Shown piece by piece: positions 1 to 13,242 of a stretch of 64,000 nt of DNA. Origin of the DNA: Botryllus schlosseri (taxonomy: Eukaryota); assembly GCA_051294905.1 (NCBI GenBank), contig CM119373.1, positions 30,070,001 to 30,134,000 on the forward strand. The letters run 5' to 3'. The first letter of the stretch is position 1, and every line of letters starts with the position of its first letter. Position numbers and translations under genes: made by a program. The notes under the pieces were generated by a model, which did no database searches, was not told the DNA's origin, and was given only the letters and a program-made list of their open reading frames with translations.

Positions 1-103
1 TATTGGTATTGGTATCTGTTATTAGGAATGTCCCATCTCAAACAAGTCAAGATATAACAGTGTTTTTCTTCAGATTTACAGATTCTTTCAGACACCTTAC
101 TAT

Positions 104-545
104 TCAATCAATCAATCAGGTTTATTAATATTTTCATCGTTTCAAAACATCACAAGACTGTGATACAATGAAAAGATAGGAAGGTGTCGAAACAACTTGG
201 AGTAGCCATTAAGATCAGACACCCACCTTAGCTTAAGCTGAGTAAATAAGAGGCATACACACTGAATGAAAAATAATGCAGAGAAGAATATGAGACGCAA
301 GCGACAAAATGAGGTGGCAAGTGGCGGAGGGTGAGGTCGATATTAGGTCGTGGTCCGGTAATCCTGAAGACTATGGCTAGTATTGATTTAGAAGAAATTG
401 CTTGTATTTCGACTTGAATGCGGACATGCTCCACGACTGTCGGATAGCTGGCGAGATGCTGTTCCACAATTGGGGTCCGGCATACTTGATAGAGCAATGC
501 GTTCACTAAGCGTAAAGCAGAAAAATGCATGCAGAACAAGGTCCT
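104..545 (-). mobile_element. 3' fragment of an L2/CR1-like LINE (end of ORF2, 3' UTR, (TTGA)n tail)
   Basis: A minus frame not in the ORF track reads SIKYAGPQLWNSISPAIRQSWSMSAFKSKYKQFLLNQY* (stop at 377-379), a typical L2/CR1 ORF2 C-terminus. A (TCAA)n run at 104-117 on + would be the tail. Confidence 0.75.
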
Positions 546-3500
546 TGCAGTAAAGCGTAGCGGCTAGCGGGGCAGTAGCTTATAACGTACTATAAGCGTC
601 GTGGTGACGCGATGCTTCGGTCAGGAACAGTAAGTTACGAACATATGCAGATTTTTGATGGAAAGATTTCTATTACCGGCACTGAATACACACGAGATAT
701 CTGGCTCTTGAGTTAATATTGTCTAATATAATGTTGTGTCATTTTTGTTCGATAATAATGCGAACTGCCACCTTAAGCTATTTCAGAGGGATGCAATAAT
801 TTAAATGCACTCTATTAAAATCTTTAACAGTCCTAGCAATGGATATTGTCGGAAAAATCCGAAAGGCGAATGCGACTGGCAGGATAAAAAGTTGGGCCCC
901 CTGCTCTCAAGCCACAAAGAATGAAAGTGTGGCTATAGGTCATGTAACCGAAAACGGTATTGTTTGGTTTCGTCGCACTCCATCTGCCATCGAAATATCG
1001 ATTTATAGATAGAGGACATATTCATACATTCCTGTTATTTTGTTTCGCTCCGCATCTATAACCTAGATCTGAGAAATTCACACACGTAATACAAATACAA
1101 TAATCTCCACGATCAGAGGTGACAATGAATGAGATATTTTCAATGGTTTTATTCAATACATCACGATGCAGAATCTTCCGCGAATAACTGATTCATGAGT
1201 TACCATGGGGAGGGCCTATATTGTTTCACAGGAGGATATTGTAATGAAAATATATACTTTATTCCATCCAGCAGCGGATCGTCTTTGGCATCCTGATTAG
1301 GGGACAAAGATTGACTACCGAAGAGCTGGAAATATTGAAGCACACACTCAACGGGGTATAGACTCGGGATGGTGTGAAAGTCAGGTTCCCGTAATCGTTC
1401 TGTGTGTGAACCTCTGGAAGTTGTTCACTAACGAAACCTCGGTAGGTTCGGCACTGTGAACCTTCTTCCTGTAATACAATTTTTCACGTAATGTTAACGT
1501 CTTTGGTTGAAATTCTTTGCATTTCAACTTCGGACCGCTCTCCACACGGCGTTGGTAGCATGTACTTTGCCGATTTCAGAAATTATTTGCTCGAAAGTTT
1601 GCTCGGAATGTTCAGCTTTTTGTTTGTGAATCTTCAGTGACTATCTTCTGTGAGCTTTGCAAGTGATCACACAATATCATGAACGAAGCAGATTACACGA
1701 GGAGAGGAAATCAGTGCATTGTGCTTAGTCAAACAATCAGTTATTTACATCAACAAAATTGATACGAATAATGCATCGATGTCTGACGTAGAAAATCTAC
1801 CAGATATACAGGATCTATCTTGATTTGATAACCTTATTGTATCATAAAAACCAAATCCGCCCGATTGGGGTGTTGGTTTCTGTGTAACCTGTTTTTGAGA
1901 TGATATCTGGCACTCTTTAGAATGCATCTGTCCGGTCTAGCCGAATCCTCGTCGAGATTGATCTCAAAGCGATTTTGTGCAAGTATTATATAGCATTTGA
2001 TTGTTCCAGTTGATACATTAGGCGACGTTTAAAAAGTCAGCATGTACTTCGGTATTGTGGCATAATATAGCCCGAGTCATCGCTCGTTATCATGTACAAA
2101 TGTAGCCTATAGTAATATATAACTTTCCGAGAATTTAGGATTGGTATCATCAATATGACGTCATAGGTTCACGGTCGCATTCACACAGAACAGAACCCTT
2201 CAAAAATATTCGCACAATACACACCAATGTTACTATGATAGGGACATTGCCGTGAATTTCATTCACTTACGAGGAACAATGATGATCGTAGAGATAGAAA
2301 TTGTGTGATACATGCTCGAATGCCCGTTACCCGAGTATGTGGCTTGAGACGTTGAGTTTCATACTTGGATTTTACAGACATTCGCATTTTAAAATCGAAC
2401 TGTGAAATAACACATGGATGATATTTAACTGGTGTGCTATCGGAGTTGCATTCTCGAAAGCATAGGCCATTGTCCGCTGATGCAAACAAAAGGCAACCAT
2501 TAGCGAATCGTGATTTCGTTAACGATTTGCTGATTAAAAAAACGTTTACTATCTACCTATATGCAAACCCAAAGTTATAGTTCGATTAGTAAAAATATTT
2601 CAGTTAAAGTATGTATTTTCTGCAAAACCGAAAGCCAAGACCTAAAGATGCGAGTAAGGCAACCGACTACTACACAGAACATGTTCTCTCTAAGCTACGC
2701 ACGTACGCAATTGCGCAGTGCTGACACGGTCTCTGCGCACAGAAAATCCGAAGTGATGACCTCTTTTTTAGTCGTTACGCACTATTGTCCAAGGGACCGC
2801 GCAGTGAGTGAGTTGGTGAGTGCGCGCAGACTCGTCAAATATTAGAGGGAACATTGTACACAGCTGTTAAACACAGAAGCCCACGATATTAAAATATAGC
2901 TCACCATTAAACATATAACTTCTGTACAAAATGCTGTTTTATCTACACCTGTTAAAATGCGATGGCCGTAAAGGAATCACAGCTCAAATATACTATAGAA
3001 ACACGTGGCTACAGTTACAATATCCGTTTCATGCGCTCCAGATGAGATCGTATAAGAATTACTCACATGCTCGTCGCCAGCATCAATCGTTACCAGGTTA
3101 GATCCCATGCTCTCGCAATGGGATTGCGCATCTGCCCACGACTTATCCGGCTTTTGACCAAACGAAAAGTAATAACAGCGAAAATCGTCCTCCAGCCATT
3201 CTTCCGGGCATTCGGACTTGGTAACTGAAAGAAAGCGTTACACATAAAATGCGAACGATACGTGAAATGTGGCCTACAAATGATTAACGCTGTCGGGTTG
3301 AGTAACGTTTTCTAACCCGCGGCCGTTTCGCAATACAAGAAACGTGTGTTGGCTTCCGTCAACATGCAATTCGAAGCCGACATACAGAATGGTTAGCATA
3401 ATCGCAGATGAAGTTCGTAACTTCTTCATCAACTTCCCAATCGCTAGCTGTCGCCAGGCACAAGTGTATATTCTTGTCGGTCCGTGGACACATGAGCATG

Positions 3501-4347
3501 AGCAATTGAGCATGCGACATAATAGCAAGCGCCACTTCAGCATGAGACAATTGGGCATGCGGCCCTTGAGTATGTGGGTAAAATTTGGGGTTAGGGCCAG
3601 GAATGATTAAGATTGAGGAATGGGTTAGGGCTAGTATTGGGGATGTATAAGCTTTGATTTCGAAGTAAGGGTGCTAGTTTTTCATATTGTCGCACGCTCA
3701 TATGTCGGGCAACCATTCCTGTCATCGGGGTTTATTGTAGGTCACCACCATCGCTATCAGAACGGAATGGACAATATACTAAGCTCGGTAGGTTTTCTGG
3801 TTCCTAGGGTGTTTTCCAACACCTTGTAGTTCGATAGTGCAGACGTGATTTTAGTTTCAAGTTTTGTATGTAATTCTTTACTTTGAGAGCTATGTCGTTG
3901 CCCTTTCGAATTATTCTAAAAGTGCAAGTTATAGTAGCCGGTGAAAACGCATCGAAATCTTGCATTTGGCACGATCTGATATGCTACCTTGGAAAACCTT
4001 TATGGAAAGAAGACGGGAGACTGTTTTGTATTAGTGCCCGACAAGACACAGCCCGGTTTGAGAGATGGTGTGTTTACGTCTACAATTGGAAACTGCCATG
4101 CACAAGCTAACATCGATAGCACAGAAACCGTACGGCTCATCCGCCATGCAAAGTCCTCCAGTGCTGTATATTTACCATGGTTATTTGGAATTCAGGCTGT
4201 CCGACGGTATTCGGCCGTGGAAAGCAAAAATGTTGGGCACTCCAGGGGTTATCTGATGTTATTTTGTCATCATCGACAGCAATATTCAAGACCACCAATA
4301 ATCGATATTTCAAATCCATACGTATATCAACTCATATCTAGTATGCA

Positions 4348-4722
4348 TAAGGTTGCATGTAAAACAAACGGTGTTTTAAACAAAGGCCCTTTTTTTTCAA
4401 GTTGTAAAAGTATGCCATAATTGTGTAAATACTTTCCAAAAACATGTTATATGAGACTACGGACAATTACCACCCGATTTTGCCGACGTATATCGACACG
4501 GGATGGTTGGTTCAACAGTTATAGTACAGATTCGTCAAAGGGGCTATATTTACCCCATATTTTCAATTGTCAATGTCAAATAATTATGACGTCACGGTTG
4601 AATTTTCGTCACGACGTGGCTTGATAAAAAATCAAAAATCAAAAATCAAAACATGTTTTAAATAAGGGCTTTGTTTAAAACATGTTTGTTTTAAATTGAT
4701 TGTTGTTTTGAATGCAACCCTA
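4348..4722. mobile_element. hAT-type MITE (375 bp)
   Basis: Imperfect TIRs TAAGGTTGCATGTAAAACAA / TTGTTTTGAATGCAACCCTA. Flanking 8-bp TSD AGTATGCA / AGTATTCA (7/8 match). Confidence 0.75.
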
Positions 4723-7064
4723 AGTATTCATCTGTGATTCCCAATCGCCGCTCTATAATATTATTATATGATATGCTTGGAGCCTTCCTGCGGCTCTCAT
4801 TGACCCTTAAAAGCCAACACAACTATGATAGACAGTCAGAGGCAGTTCTAGTTTGCTTCTATGAGTAGTTCTCGTCAGTGCCTGTATATCGATGCTATAA
4901 TAACGAATATTAGCCGGGCGGAAGAGAATTCCTTCACGCTACTGCAGTACCGTACTAGCGGCAAACGCATACAGCCAAAAACATTCTACTGGTGGCAAAC
5001 ATTTCTAAATTTTTTCTCTGGAGAGCACACCCCCATACAATTCTATTAACATCCAAATAGCGGCTAAAAGTCATAAATCGCGATAAGCCAAATATTGCTC
5101 CCCATATCTATTCCTCCAGTAAACCTGTGCATTTGTAGATATGTTGAAGAGCCATCACATAACGACATAAATAGACCTATTGCGTTAATAATGATGATAT
5201 GCATTTGCAGTTTGTTTCAATGAATAGAACGCAGCACCTATATGCTTTCATCAATGGTTAAATGACCGATATGGAACTATATCAGTTTATGTGCATGCTT
5301 TCAAATTAGCCGGATCGAGGTATCCTGAGGTAGCCGACATGGTCTACTTATGTAACATAGCATAGCACATAAGATCATCCATTACAGACAGTCGCGCGCC
5401 CGCCATTTAAATAGGTGATACTAAGCGCTTAGAGCTTGGTATGGATAGTCCATGAACTGGATATCCACAGATTCGTTTGGCCGTGCCGGGTTTAAACATT
5501 ACCTGATGAAGCCGCATCCGGATCGGAGACGGATTCGTAATTTTTCTTTTGCAGCCAGAGTACCAGAAAGTAGTATGTGGATTTATCCATATTCTAAGTT
5601 GATATAGGCAGGATTTTTTGGGGTGGGCGGAGCTCGATTAATACACTCTTCTGATCGGACCCGGATTTTATTTTCAAGAAACAGGATCGGAGGCGGACGA
5701 TAAGGGTTTTGGCGATCTGCTATAAACGCACTGTATAGATCTAATATAAGCGCCGCTTGACTTTCACAATATTAATAACATGCTACGATAGGTCGTTCGC
5801 TCCAGCATTATCGCTATGACTCATTTTACGATTGGCAACAACAGCGCATTTTGATTATTATTGACCGCCACCAAGACGATAATATCTTATTATAAACCTT
5901 TTTCTAAAGTTCGTGTGCACTAGAACCTTAACGTTTTATGGATTCACATCATCCTAGTGACAAGGCTACTTCCATAGGATCGTCCAGTATTGCGAAAGGA
6001 AGGGACGCCGCTACTCTAGGTCTTCAATTAATATACCCACCTACGAAATAGTAGATTGATAGGAATGCAAACAAAGTATAGTTTCTTCCACACTTGCGCA
6101 TGTTCTATCCTTCTGATGTCAGTAAATCCACGTTCTTATCAGTAGCACAGTCTTTCGTAACAAAGATATATACCCTATCACGGATTTGTGTCAAAATTCC
6201 TTAAAACGTATTCAAGTAGACATATCCAGACTGCAATCGAATCCCGACCATTTTCGTCGCTTCGTCCGAGCTTTAATGCGCGTATCCCCATACCATTGAA
6301 ACGAGGTGATATCGAAGACGACAAATAACGGATATATCATGTGTAGTACAAAGAAACTGACATCGTCTGATTTTGGTGTTTAGTGAACAAAAGCGGTGGG
6401 CTAAAACCTTTGTCTTTTGATGTTATTTACTACCAATGTGAAAGGTCCGTTTTGTACCAAGAATATCTAAAATCAAAATATGATGTCATGAATTTTCCGC
6501 ATTTTGCAAATTTTTGTGTTATCCCCGACATTCGCCAGATGGAAACCAGTATAGCTGAGGCAATTGTTTTCGTATCCATAGTTGAGCTGTCAGATCCACG
6601 ACTATATAGCAGGATCGTTGCGTCTGCCACGGCTAAATATAAGGGCACCGCGCTCTAAATATGATGGGGTCGAGGTCAGGTCGATCAAGAGAAATAGTTT
6701 AGAAATTGTCCCAGAAATTAGGGAAATACTTCGGAAATTATTATTTCAAACGACTGTTCACTAATTTGACGAGACTGACAACTTCGCACCGAGAAGCTTT
6801 CGCATACATTACGAAGTCACCCTGATCGACGTTGCCATCTCCATATTTTTATTTTTCCACAAACCCCAACAAAACGTCTCTAAACAGCAGGTTATTGCAA
6901 AATTGGCAATGAAAATGATTTTCCACACTACGATAGTTCATGTCAGACGATTATTATGATGATATGAGTCATGAGGTTTTAGCAGTTGTGGTGCAAAACT
7001 GCGTTGTGCCTTCTCAAATTAAAAAATAAAATAAAAATTAGGTTATCAACCATTTTAAAAATTT

Positions 7065-7120
7065 AGAGGTCTCGCGGACCCCCTGAAATTGCTTCGCGGA
7101 CCCCCGGTTGAGAACCGCTG
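7065..7120. mobile_element. Right end of a Charlie-like hAT MITE
   Basis: Ends GGACCCCCGGTTGAGAACCGCTG, the same TIR class (CAGTGGTTCTCAACC) as the element at 13783-15226. Confidence 0.6.
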
Positions 7121-7266
7121 GACTAGAGTCACCTCCAAAAATAGCGTGACTTGACTTCGACTCGAGTCACCTTTGAAATCGATTGACTTGACTTGGACTC
7201 GAGTCAAAATGTGCAATGACTCGAGATGACTCGTGACTCGAAGGTAGTGAGTTGATCCCAACACTG
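7121..7266. mobile_element. Right end of the GACTCGAGTC-repeat hAT MITE family
   Basis: Nearly identical to 39320-39427. Contains repeated GACTCGAGTC/GACTTGAC motifs and ends TCCCAACACTG. Confidence 0.8.
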
Positions 7267-9699
7267 CAAAGGACTGAATGCATACATGTATGTTCATTGT
7301 TCATGACTGTTCATTGATCAAAGTATGTCCCTATACAAAAATGTGACAGAAGCTATCAGTTATTGAACAATGAACATGCAGACAGTTTTCAATTGCAAGT
7401 TAAAACATGTTTGCACATTGAGCTAGAGACAAGCCTGGAACGCGCGTCGCGACTACATGATGTAAAAAATGCATGAGCATTGACAACAGGAATATGCCTG
7501 AATTGCGCTAAATTAAAAAAAATTAGAGCCGTCTGTTACAGATTTCGAAATATGCTGATTACTACTTTTGCGTGCAGATAATATCTACTTCCTGATAGCT
7601 TATTATCATCTACTTTCTCCTACTCGTTAGATATCATCTAGTTCAGTGGTTCTCCACCGAGCAGGGGGCGTGAAGATGCGGTCAACGGGAGATTTGTTTA
7701 GCGCTCCGCGCGATTCACCTTCCAGTCCATAGTTATTGTTCTTGTGAGTAGTCCTAATGTCATATTTGAGAACTCTCTCATCATCGGCACGACCTTCCAT
7801 GCCATCAAACTATCCGTTACGATTGCTAGCATTCTGGTAGGGTTTTGTGCTATGACGACGAGGGGGCCCGAAAATATATCTCATCGTAAATGGTCTTGTC
7901 TGATCTAGCTCCTAATCGTTGGGTATCATCTATTTCCTAATCGCTGAATTGCTCAATCCAAAGATTGGTCGTAAATCCAAATTTAATCTCTCCCTGGACT
8001 TTTCATTCATCTTTCATGAGTCACTTGGACAGTAGTCATCGGACACTCGAATGATTCACGGACCCTAATTCAAGAATTTTGCTTTAGATACTTGTTTTGT
8101 CGCTTCATACTGACTGTTGACATTTTTATCAAATGCTTTCTTAAAAATCGATAGGTGAAAAAAGCCTTATTTTTTGGCATTACCAAAATTTTATTTTCGG
8201 TAGATTTGTCATTTAGTCCCGAAATGTAAAAAATAACACGGCCTGGCCATCAGTGTCCGTCCAAAATCGTCCTATATTGCGATAATTGTTTTCGTTTCGG
8301 TATGTGCGTGTGCACAGCAGCGAAGCAATGCGTTGTCGATTGTGTCACAAGAGTAAAATTGCTCAGATTATTACCAGCATTCTGAACATATTTTGCATGG
8401 TGAAGGATACTCTGAAGCCAAGTACGCCAGCAATCATGACCTTCCGTTAACATGCATATTGGGGAAGCCTTGCTCATCATTATTCCGGGTAAAATTACTA
8501 GTATCTGGAGTATTAGAGCCTACGTGAAGTCGTGTGGTCAAATAATAGTCAATGGTTAACAATACCGGCTCTAAACTGTGAAAGGTTAACTTGAACATAA
8601 CATAGCAAAACCTTTAACCGTGTAACAGTGCCACACTTGGCTGACAATCATTCCCGAAACAACGTTACGTTGCACCGTTATCGTGACACTTAACGAATGC
8701 GACTGGTGTGTTGTGATGAAGGTGATGCTCATATGCTCATTCACGAGATAGCATAGTTGGTAATTATACGATGCGCGCGCCGATAGATAATTATAATTGA
8801 CGTATTCCTCGGATCAAGGCTGCGCGGCTTTCGTTCACTGCCTATGTCTCAGTATGTCGGAGATAGGGCGTCTATGCGAGCCAGCTTAATTCTTTTGCGA
8901 AGAGGCAGCCTTTTCACATTTATGCTAGATGTCGCAACGACGTGCTGTCAGCTAAGCTTCTCATAGGATGTTACCAGTTCTGTTACTATTGTTGAATGCC
9001 TTCAGTACGCCGTGGTCCACATCTTCTGAGCATACAAGATTGCGTCTAGCATCGATCTCGCATGGTATGCTGCATCAGTTTGACGACTAGTCTGCACCCA
9101 GAAAAGCAGGACTCTGCGTAATCGCAAGCATAGCAAGACTATATTTCTCGGATTAATACTTACAATTGAGTAGTATATTCATTAGGGTTGTTCAAAATTC
9201 GGAAAATGTTTTGAATACTGCGTACGTATCCATGGCTTAATTCTGTAGGTATTGTTAAAAATAACAACGGGCCTGAAAGAAGCTCGCAGGAAAGCCGATA
9301 ACATGTGTCTAAATGCGTTGATGGGGAAACATCTTCCCGCACGACGGTGACCTGCAAAATCGTACCAGACACACGGTATCCCGCTAATGTAGACGCATGA
9401 TTTTTTTCCCCTATGTCTGTAGTAATCTAGATATAACGTAGTCATGCTACAGCTACCAAACGTAGTGGATCACGAATCGCTATTTGTTTTTATACGTTGA
9501 GAAATGATCAAGTTTAAGAACAAGGTAGTCATTCAGAAACATGCAGGGTTATTCGTACAGGCTCTCTCTCTCTATAGTGTAATCATTTATCTGATCCGAG
9601 AATACGTAAATGCTTGTCCGCGCTCATACTGCAGGCGATTCGAATGTGTGTTGTTACACACGCTATTATTCACCCGCCAGGAAATATTTATAGTATGAT

Positions 9700-10285
9700 T
9701 TAATCATGGAGTCTCATCATGCCATATTTGTTGTGCACGGGAGTTCACGAAGAGATATCGCTTAAATAGGCTACTCATCTACTAGTCCACACTGGTGTGA
9801 AGGACCATGGATGTTGGATATGCGGATTAAAGTTTCTTGGTAAACAAAATCTAAAAGGCACATATATGGCAGTTCACTCGGGAGTGAAACCCCATCGACT
9901 GTGAAATCTGTGGTCGGTTTTCTGCCAGAAAAAAAACTCAATGGAATCCCACTTGACAACACACACAGGAGTAAGATACGGGTGTGCTGAGGTTTGTGGA
10001 GTAAGATACGGGTGTGAGGTTTGTGGCAAGTTTCTATCGCGGGAAAATGGATTGAAAATACACCTCCAAACTCACCTGGGACTCGGGAAATACGTGTGTG
10101 AGGTGTGCGGGAAGATGTTTTCCCCATCAATATGGGTTAAAAACCCACCTCCAAGCTCACATGGGACTTACATAAATTCGTGTGATGTTTGTGATAAAAG
10201 GCTTTCTCTTGAAGAAAACCTACGTAAACACGAGACTACTCACTTTATGACAACCGATTATGTATCAATACGAGTGTATCAATAA
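9700..10285 (+). pseudogene. Frameshifted, intronless C2H2 zinc-finger array
   Basis: ORF 9941-10285 has CEVCGKFLSRENGLKIHLQTH, CEVCGKMF and CDVCDKRLSLEENLRKHETTHFM. Upstream frames give HTGVKDHGCWICGLKFLGKQNLK..VHSGVKPH. AATAAA overlaps the stop. Confidence 0.8.
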
Positions 10286-10750
10286 ATCTTTTCTTGTCTG
10301 TGTAATTTCATGTTGTTAGTTTGAGCGCGTCCGAGGCTTCTAGCTGAGTATTGGAAACGAGCATGAAAGCAGGGGAACTTTTTTGATAACACCGACACTA
10401 AAAAATTCCATTAATCGTATGGCGGGGAAAGATGTGTATTTGCAAAAGGAGCTGGTAGCAATACCACACGAGTAAATACACAGTGCAAACAGGCTCTAGG
10501 TCAGGCGCGGGCGACTTCTCCAGTCGGCGGGCCGTATATAGGAAAATGAAGTACTTGGCGGGCCGGATTGCTGAATCGATACATTATTCGCCCATTTATC
10601 CACATGTACAATGAATAAATCGTATTTAATGAATGTATTTCAACGACAGCAACGTCACTTCAAATCCATTTCTCGCCAATGTAGATTTGAGAACAACATT
10701 GTCCTACAGGCGCCGCCATGTCCGCTTCTCTCTGACCAATCAACACGCGG

Positions 10751-11397
10751 TGCAATCATAGAGTCCTATATGGTGTGGACACGAGCAAATCTCGCGGCTC
10801 TGTGAAATTGGTCTACGTCACACTTTCCATTTGGTCAAAGATAATTTGACGGTGATTTTTGACCGCCTTGCCGAGCAATAAATTTGATAAAATTGGTATC
10901 AATCGAAAGCTATACCGTGGTACTGACTGCGAAAATATAAATTTTATTCTGCTGGTGGTTCTGGAACCCCCCAAAACCAGCCTCGAATGTTGCATTGTGA
11001 CGCAACTATGCCGTCTGGGAGCAGGTGAGAAGTAGCGTAAACCGCAAGCGTATCGGCCATTGTCGCGCAACCGATTGAGCATTCATACTCTCACTCTTGT
11101 GCGCACTTGCTCCTGAACTGCTCAGACAGCATATGGTTTCGTCACAATACCAACCTCCGTTACAATGCCACATTCGAGGCTGATTTTGAGGGGTTCAGGA
11201 CCACGAGCAGAATAAAATTTATATTCCCGAAATCACTACCACGGTAGCTTTCGATTGTTACTCATTTTATCAAATTTAATGCTCGGCAAGCCGGTCAAAA
11301 ATTACCGTCAAATACCAAATGAACAGTGTGAAGTAGGTCAATTTCACTGAGCCGTGAGATTTGCTTGTGTTCACACCATATAGGACACTATGGTGCA
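10751..11397. mobile_element. Long-TIR (foldback-like) non-autonomous element
   Basis: 10751-11002 is the reverse complement of 11159-11397 (about 250-bp arms, several mismatches and indels; CATAGAGTCCTATATGGTGTG / CACACCATATAGGACACTATG), with a spacer of about 155 bp. Confidence 0.8.
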
Positions 11398-11477
11398 TTC
11401 CTTAATTATGATTTCGAAGCCTTCGATAAGCCTGGTACCCCAAATCTACCAAGATATCAATTTATAAGGGTTGAGTA

Positions 11478-11615
11478 GGTGGCGAGATAGCGTAGTGGTA
11501 TATTCCACAGTTACTACACAAATGGGTATGAGTTCGAGTCCGGCCAAGGTCGACTCCAGAATTCCTACCTAAGAGTTGACGGTTTATGTAGAGTCCTAGC
11601 CATCTTATTACCATA
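11478..11615 (+). mobile_element. Degenerate tRNA-derived SINE
   Basis: A-box-like TGGCGAGATAGCGTAGTGG and B-box GAGTTCGAGTCC (11530-11541), followed by GGCCAAGGTCGACTC, a SINE body-like motif. The head resembles the SINE at 46682-46965. Confidence 0.5.
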
Positions 11616-11851
11616 AGCGGTGTCTTACAAAAGCCTAAAATAGTGTCGTGGTAAAAGTCGTCGGTTACGGAATCAAAAATATGAAATATCAGCATGGTGT
11701 AAATGACCATTAGTCGTCGAACACCGAGATTGCCAAAAACAACATTAGGGTTGAGTCCTACATCGTAAGTGCCTAGAATGCAAATCTTCTCGCTTCGACG
11801 AACTTACGCGTAATCTCCACTCTCGTACACACACGTATATAACAACAAACA

Positions 11852-11880
11852 GCGGGGCCTACGATATTCGTAGGCCCCGC
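11852..11880. other. Perfect GC-rich 13-bp hairpin, candidate Helitron-type 3' terminal palindrome
   Basis: GCGGGGCCTACGA-TAT-TCGTAGGCCCCGC, followed after 9 nt by CTAA. Confidence 0.55.
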
Positions 11881-13242
11881 ACACAGTCACTAAAATTTGA
11901 CGTAGTTAGCAACTAGTGGGGGATCTCGGCAGACTGGGGCCGCTATGGCCACATTATCATGTAAGACGGATAACTGTCCGCGGGCCGGACAAAATCCCGA
12001 GCCGGATCCTGTCGCATGTTGCCCGCCCTCAGGATTAGGGCAGTAATTCCGTTATCGAAGTCAAGTGTATAATGCGGCGTGTGAACTCTGGAATATGGTG
12101 TCGCATAACAGAATTTACGCAATAGCAGGCGTCTGTCGGTTTGGATTTTCAATGTGTTCTGTACCGGGTCGTGACATCGGATTTCGTATGATGTTTATTG
12201 ATGATATCATCTAACACTGGTCCAAGTTTCAAGGTTGTAATTGAAGGATTGGGGACTACTGGACATCGAAACGAAATTGCTTTCGTAATCATTGTAAATC
12301 GGCACAACGTTAGATGACATCATCAAAACAAACCATACCAAATATTGTATACATAATTGGTACAGAACACCATCAAAATCCCCACTAAGAAATGGCGAAT
12401 TTGTCGTAAATATGTTATGCGTTAAGGTAATTTCACTCTAGCGAGGGTAATTTCACTGTAGCGAACACCTAGTATACATATTTGACTTCGGATACAATAT
12501 GACTGCCCAAATCAGTGAATGACAGCCTTGAAACCCTGAACATCGTTAGCTGATATAATTAAGATATACCATGCTAAACCTTGTCTCGCAACTCAGTACA
12601 TAACACCGTCAAAACCGATATTTATCAATAGTGACTTTGTGTAAAACTGTGTAAAACATGCTATACTGTAGGCTACTTATTTAGGTTCAGCGCATAGGTT
12701 CAGCGCACACCTATATAAAGTAGGGCTCTTCAAAAATGACTTTCTTTTGTCAAATCGTACTGGCTACTTGATAAAATTGTTTGGTTACCTAATTTAAGCC
12801 TACACACAAAATATGGTTCAATTCCAGCCAGTAAACGCTTTGCTACAGGAGAAGTAAGTTTCTATTTATTATATAAAAATAAATAATAAAAAATTTGAAA
12901 ATTTTCTGTTCAGCCCATAAAAGTGTTAGGCTGTCTACAGAAACGATGCTCACCAAATTTGGTTCAATTCCAACCAGTGGAAGCGGAGTTATTGCCGTCG
13001 ATAAATTTGGCTTTGAAAGATGACGTCATTAGGATATACCACACCAAATCTCGACACCCATCTCAATATAAAACATCTCCAAACTCAGCATATAACAATA
13101 CCGACTTTTGCATTGAATCAGCGCTGCAAATCGATCGTCAAAGACAAAGTCGACTAACTTCACTTCCCAAGCAGAGCGTGACGCAGGGGATTAACCGACA
13201 GTGTCCACACCACATTTGCGACTTTCGTACGATGATACCACC

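Noticed and set aside
1330-1650. Protein-like minus-strand frame
   Set aside because: Several stops, no recognisable motif and no splice support.
3585-3635. GGTTAGGG motifs (similar tracts near 59030 and 62085) as telomeric sequence
   Set aside because: They are isolated, degenerate copies inside other sequence with no tandem (TTAGGG)n array; more likely internal motifs of small repeats.
3883-4420. ORFs of 75-143 aa as a host gene
   Set aside because: No domain recognised, and the 3' end runs into a MITE.
10502-12030. A single Charlie-like element spanning both ends
   Set aside because: Both ends look hAT-like, but the flanks (CTCTAGGT vs AGGATTAG) give no TSD and the interior holds unrelated insertions.
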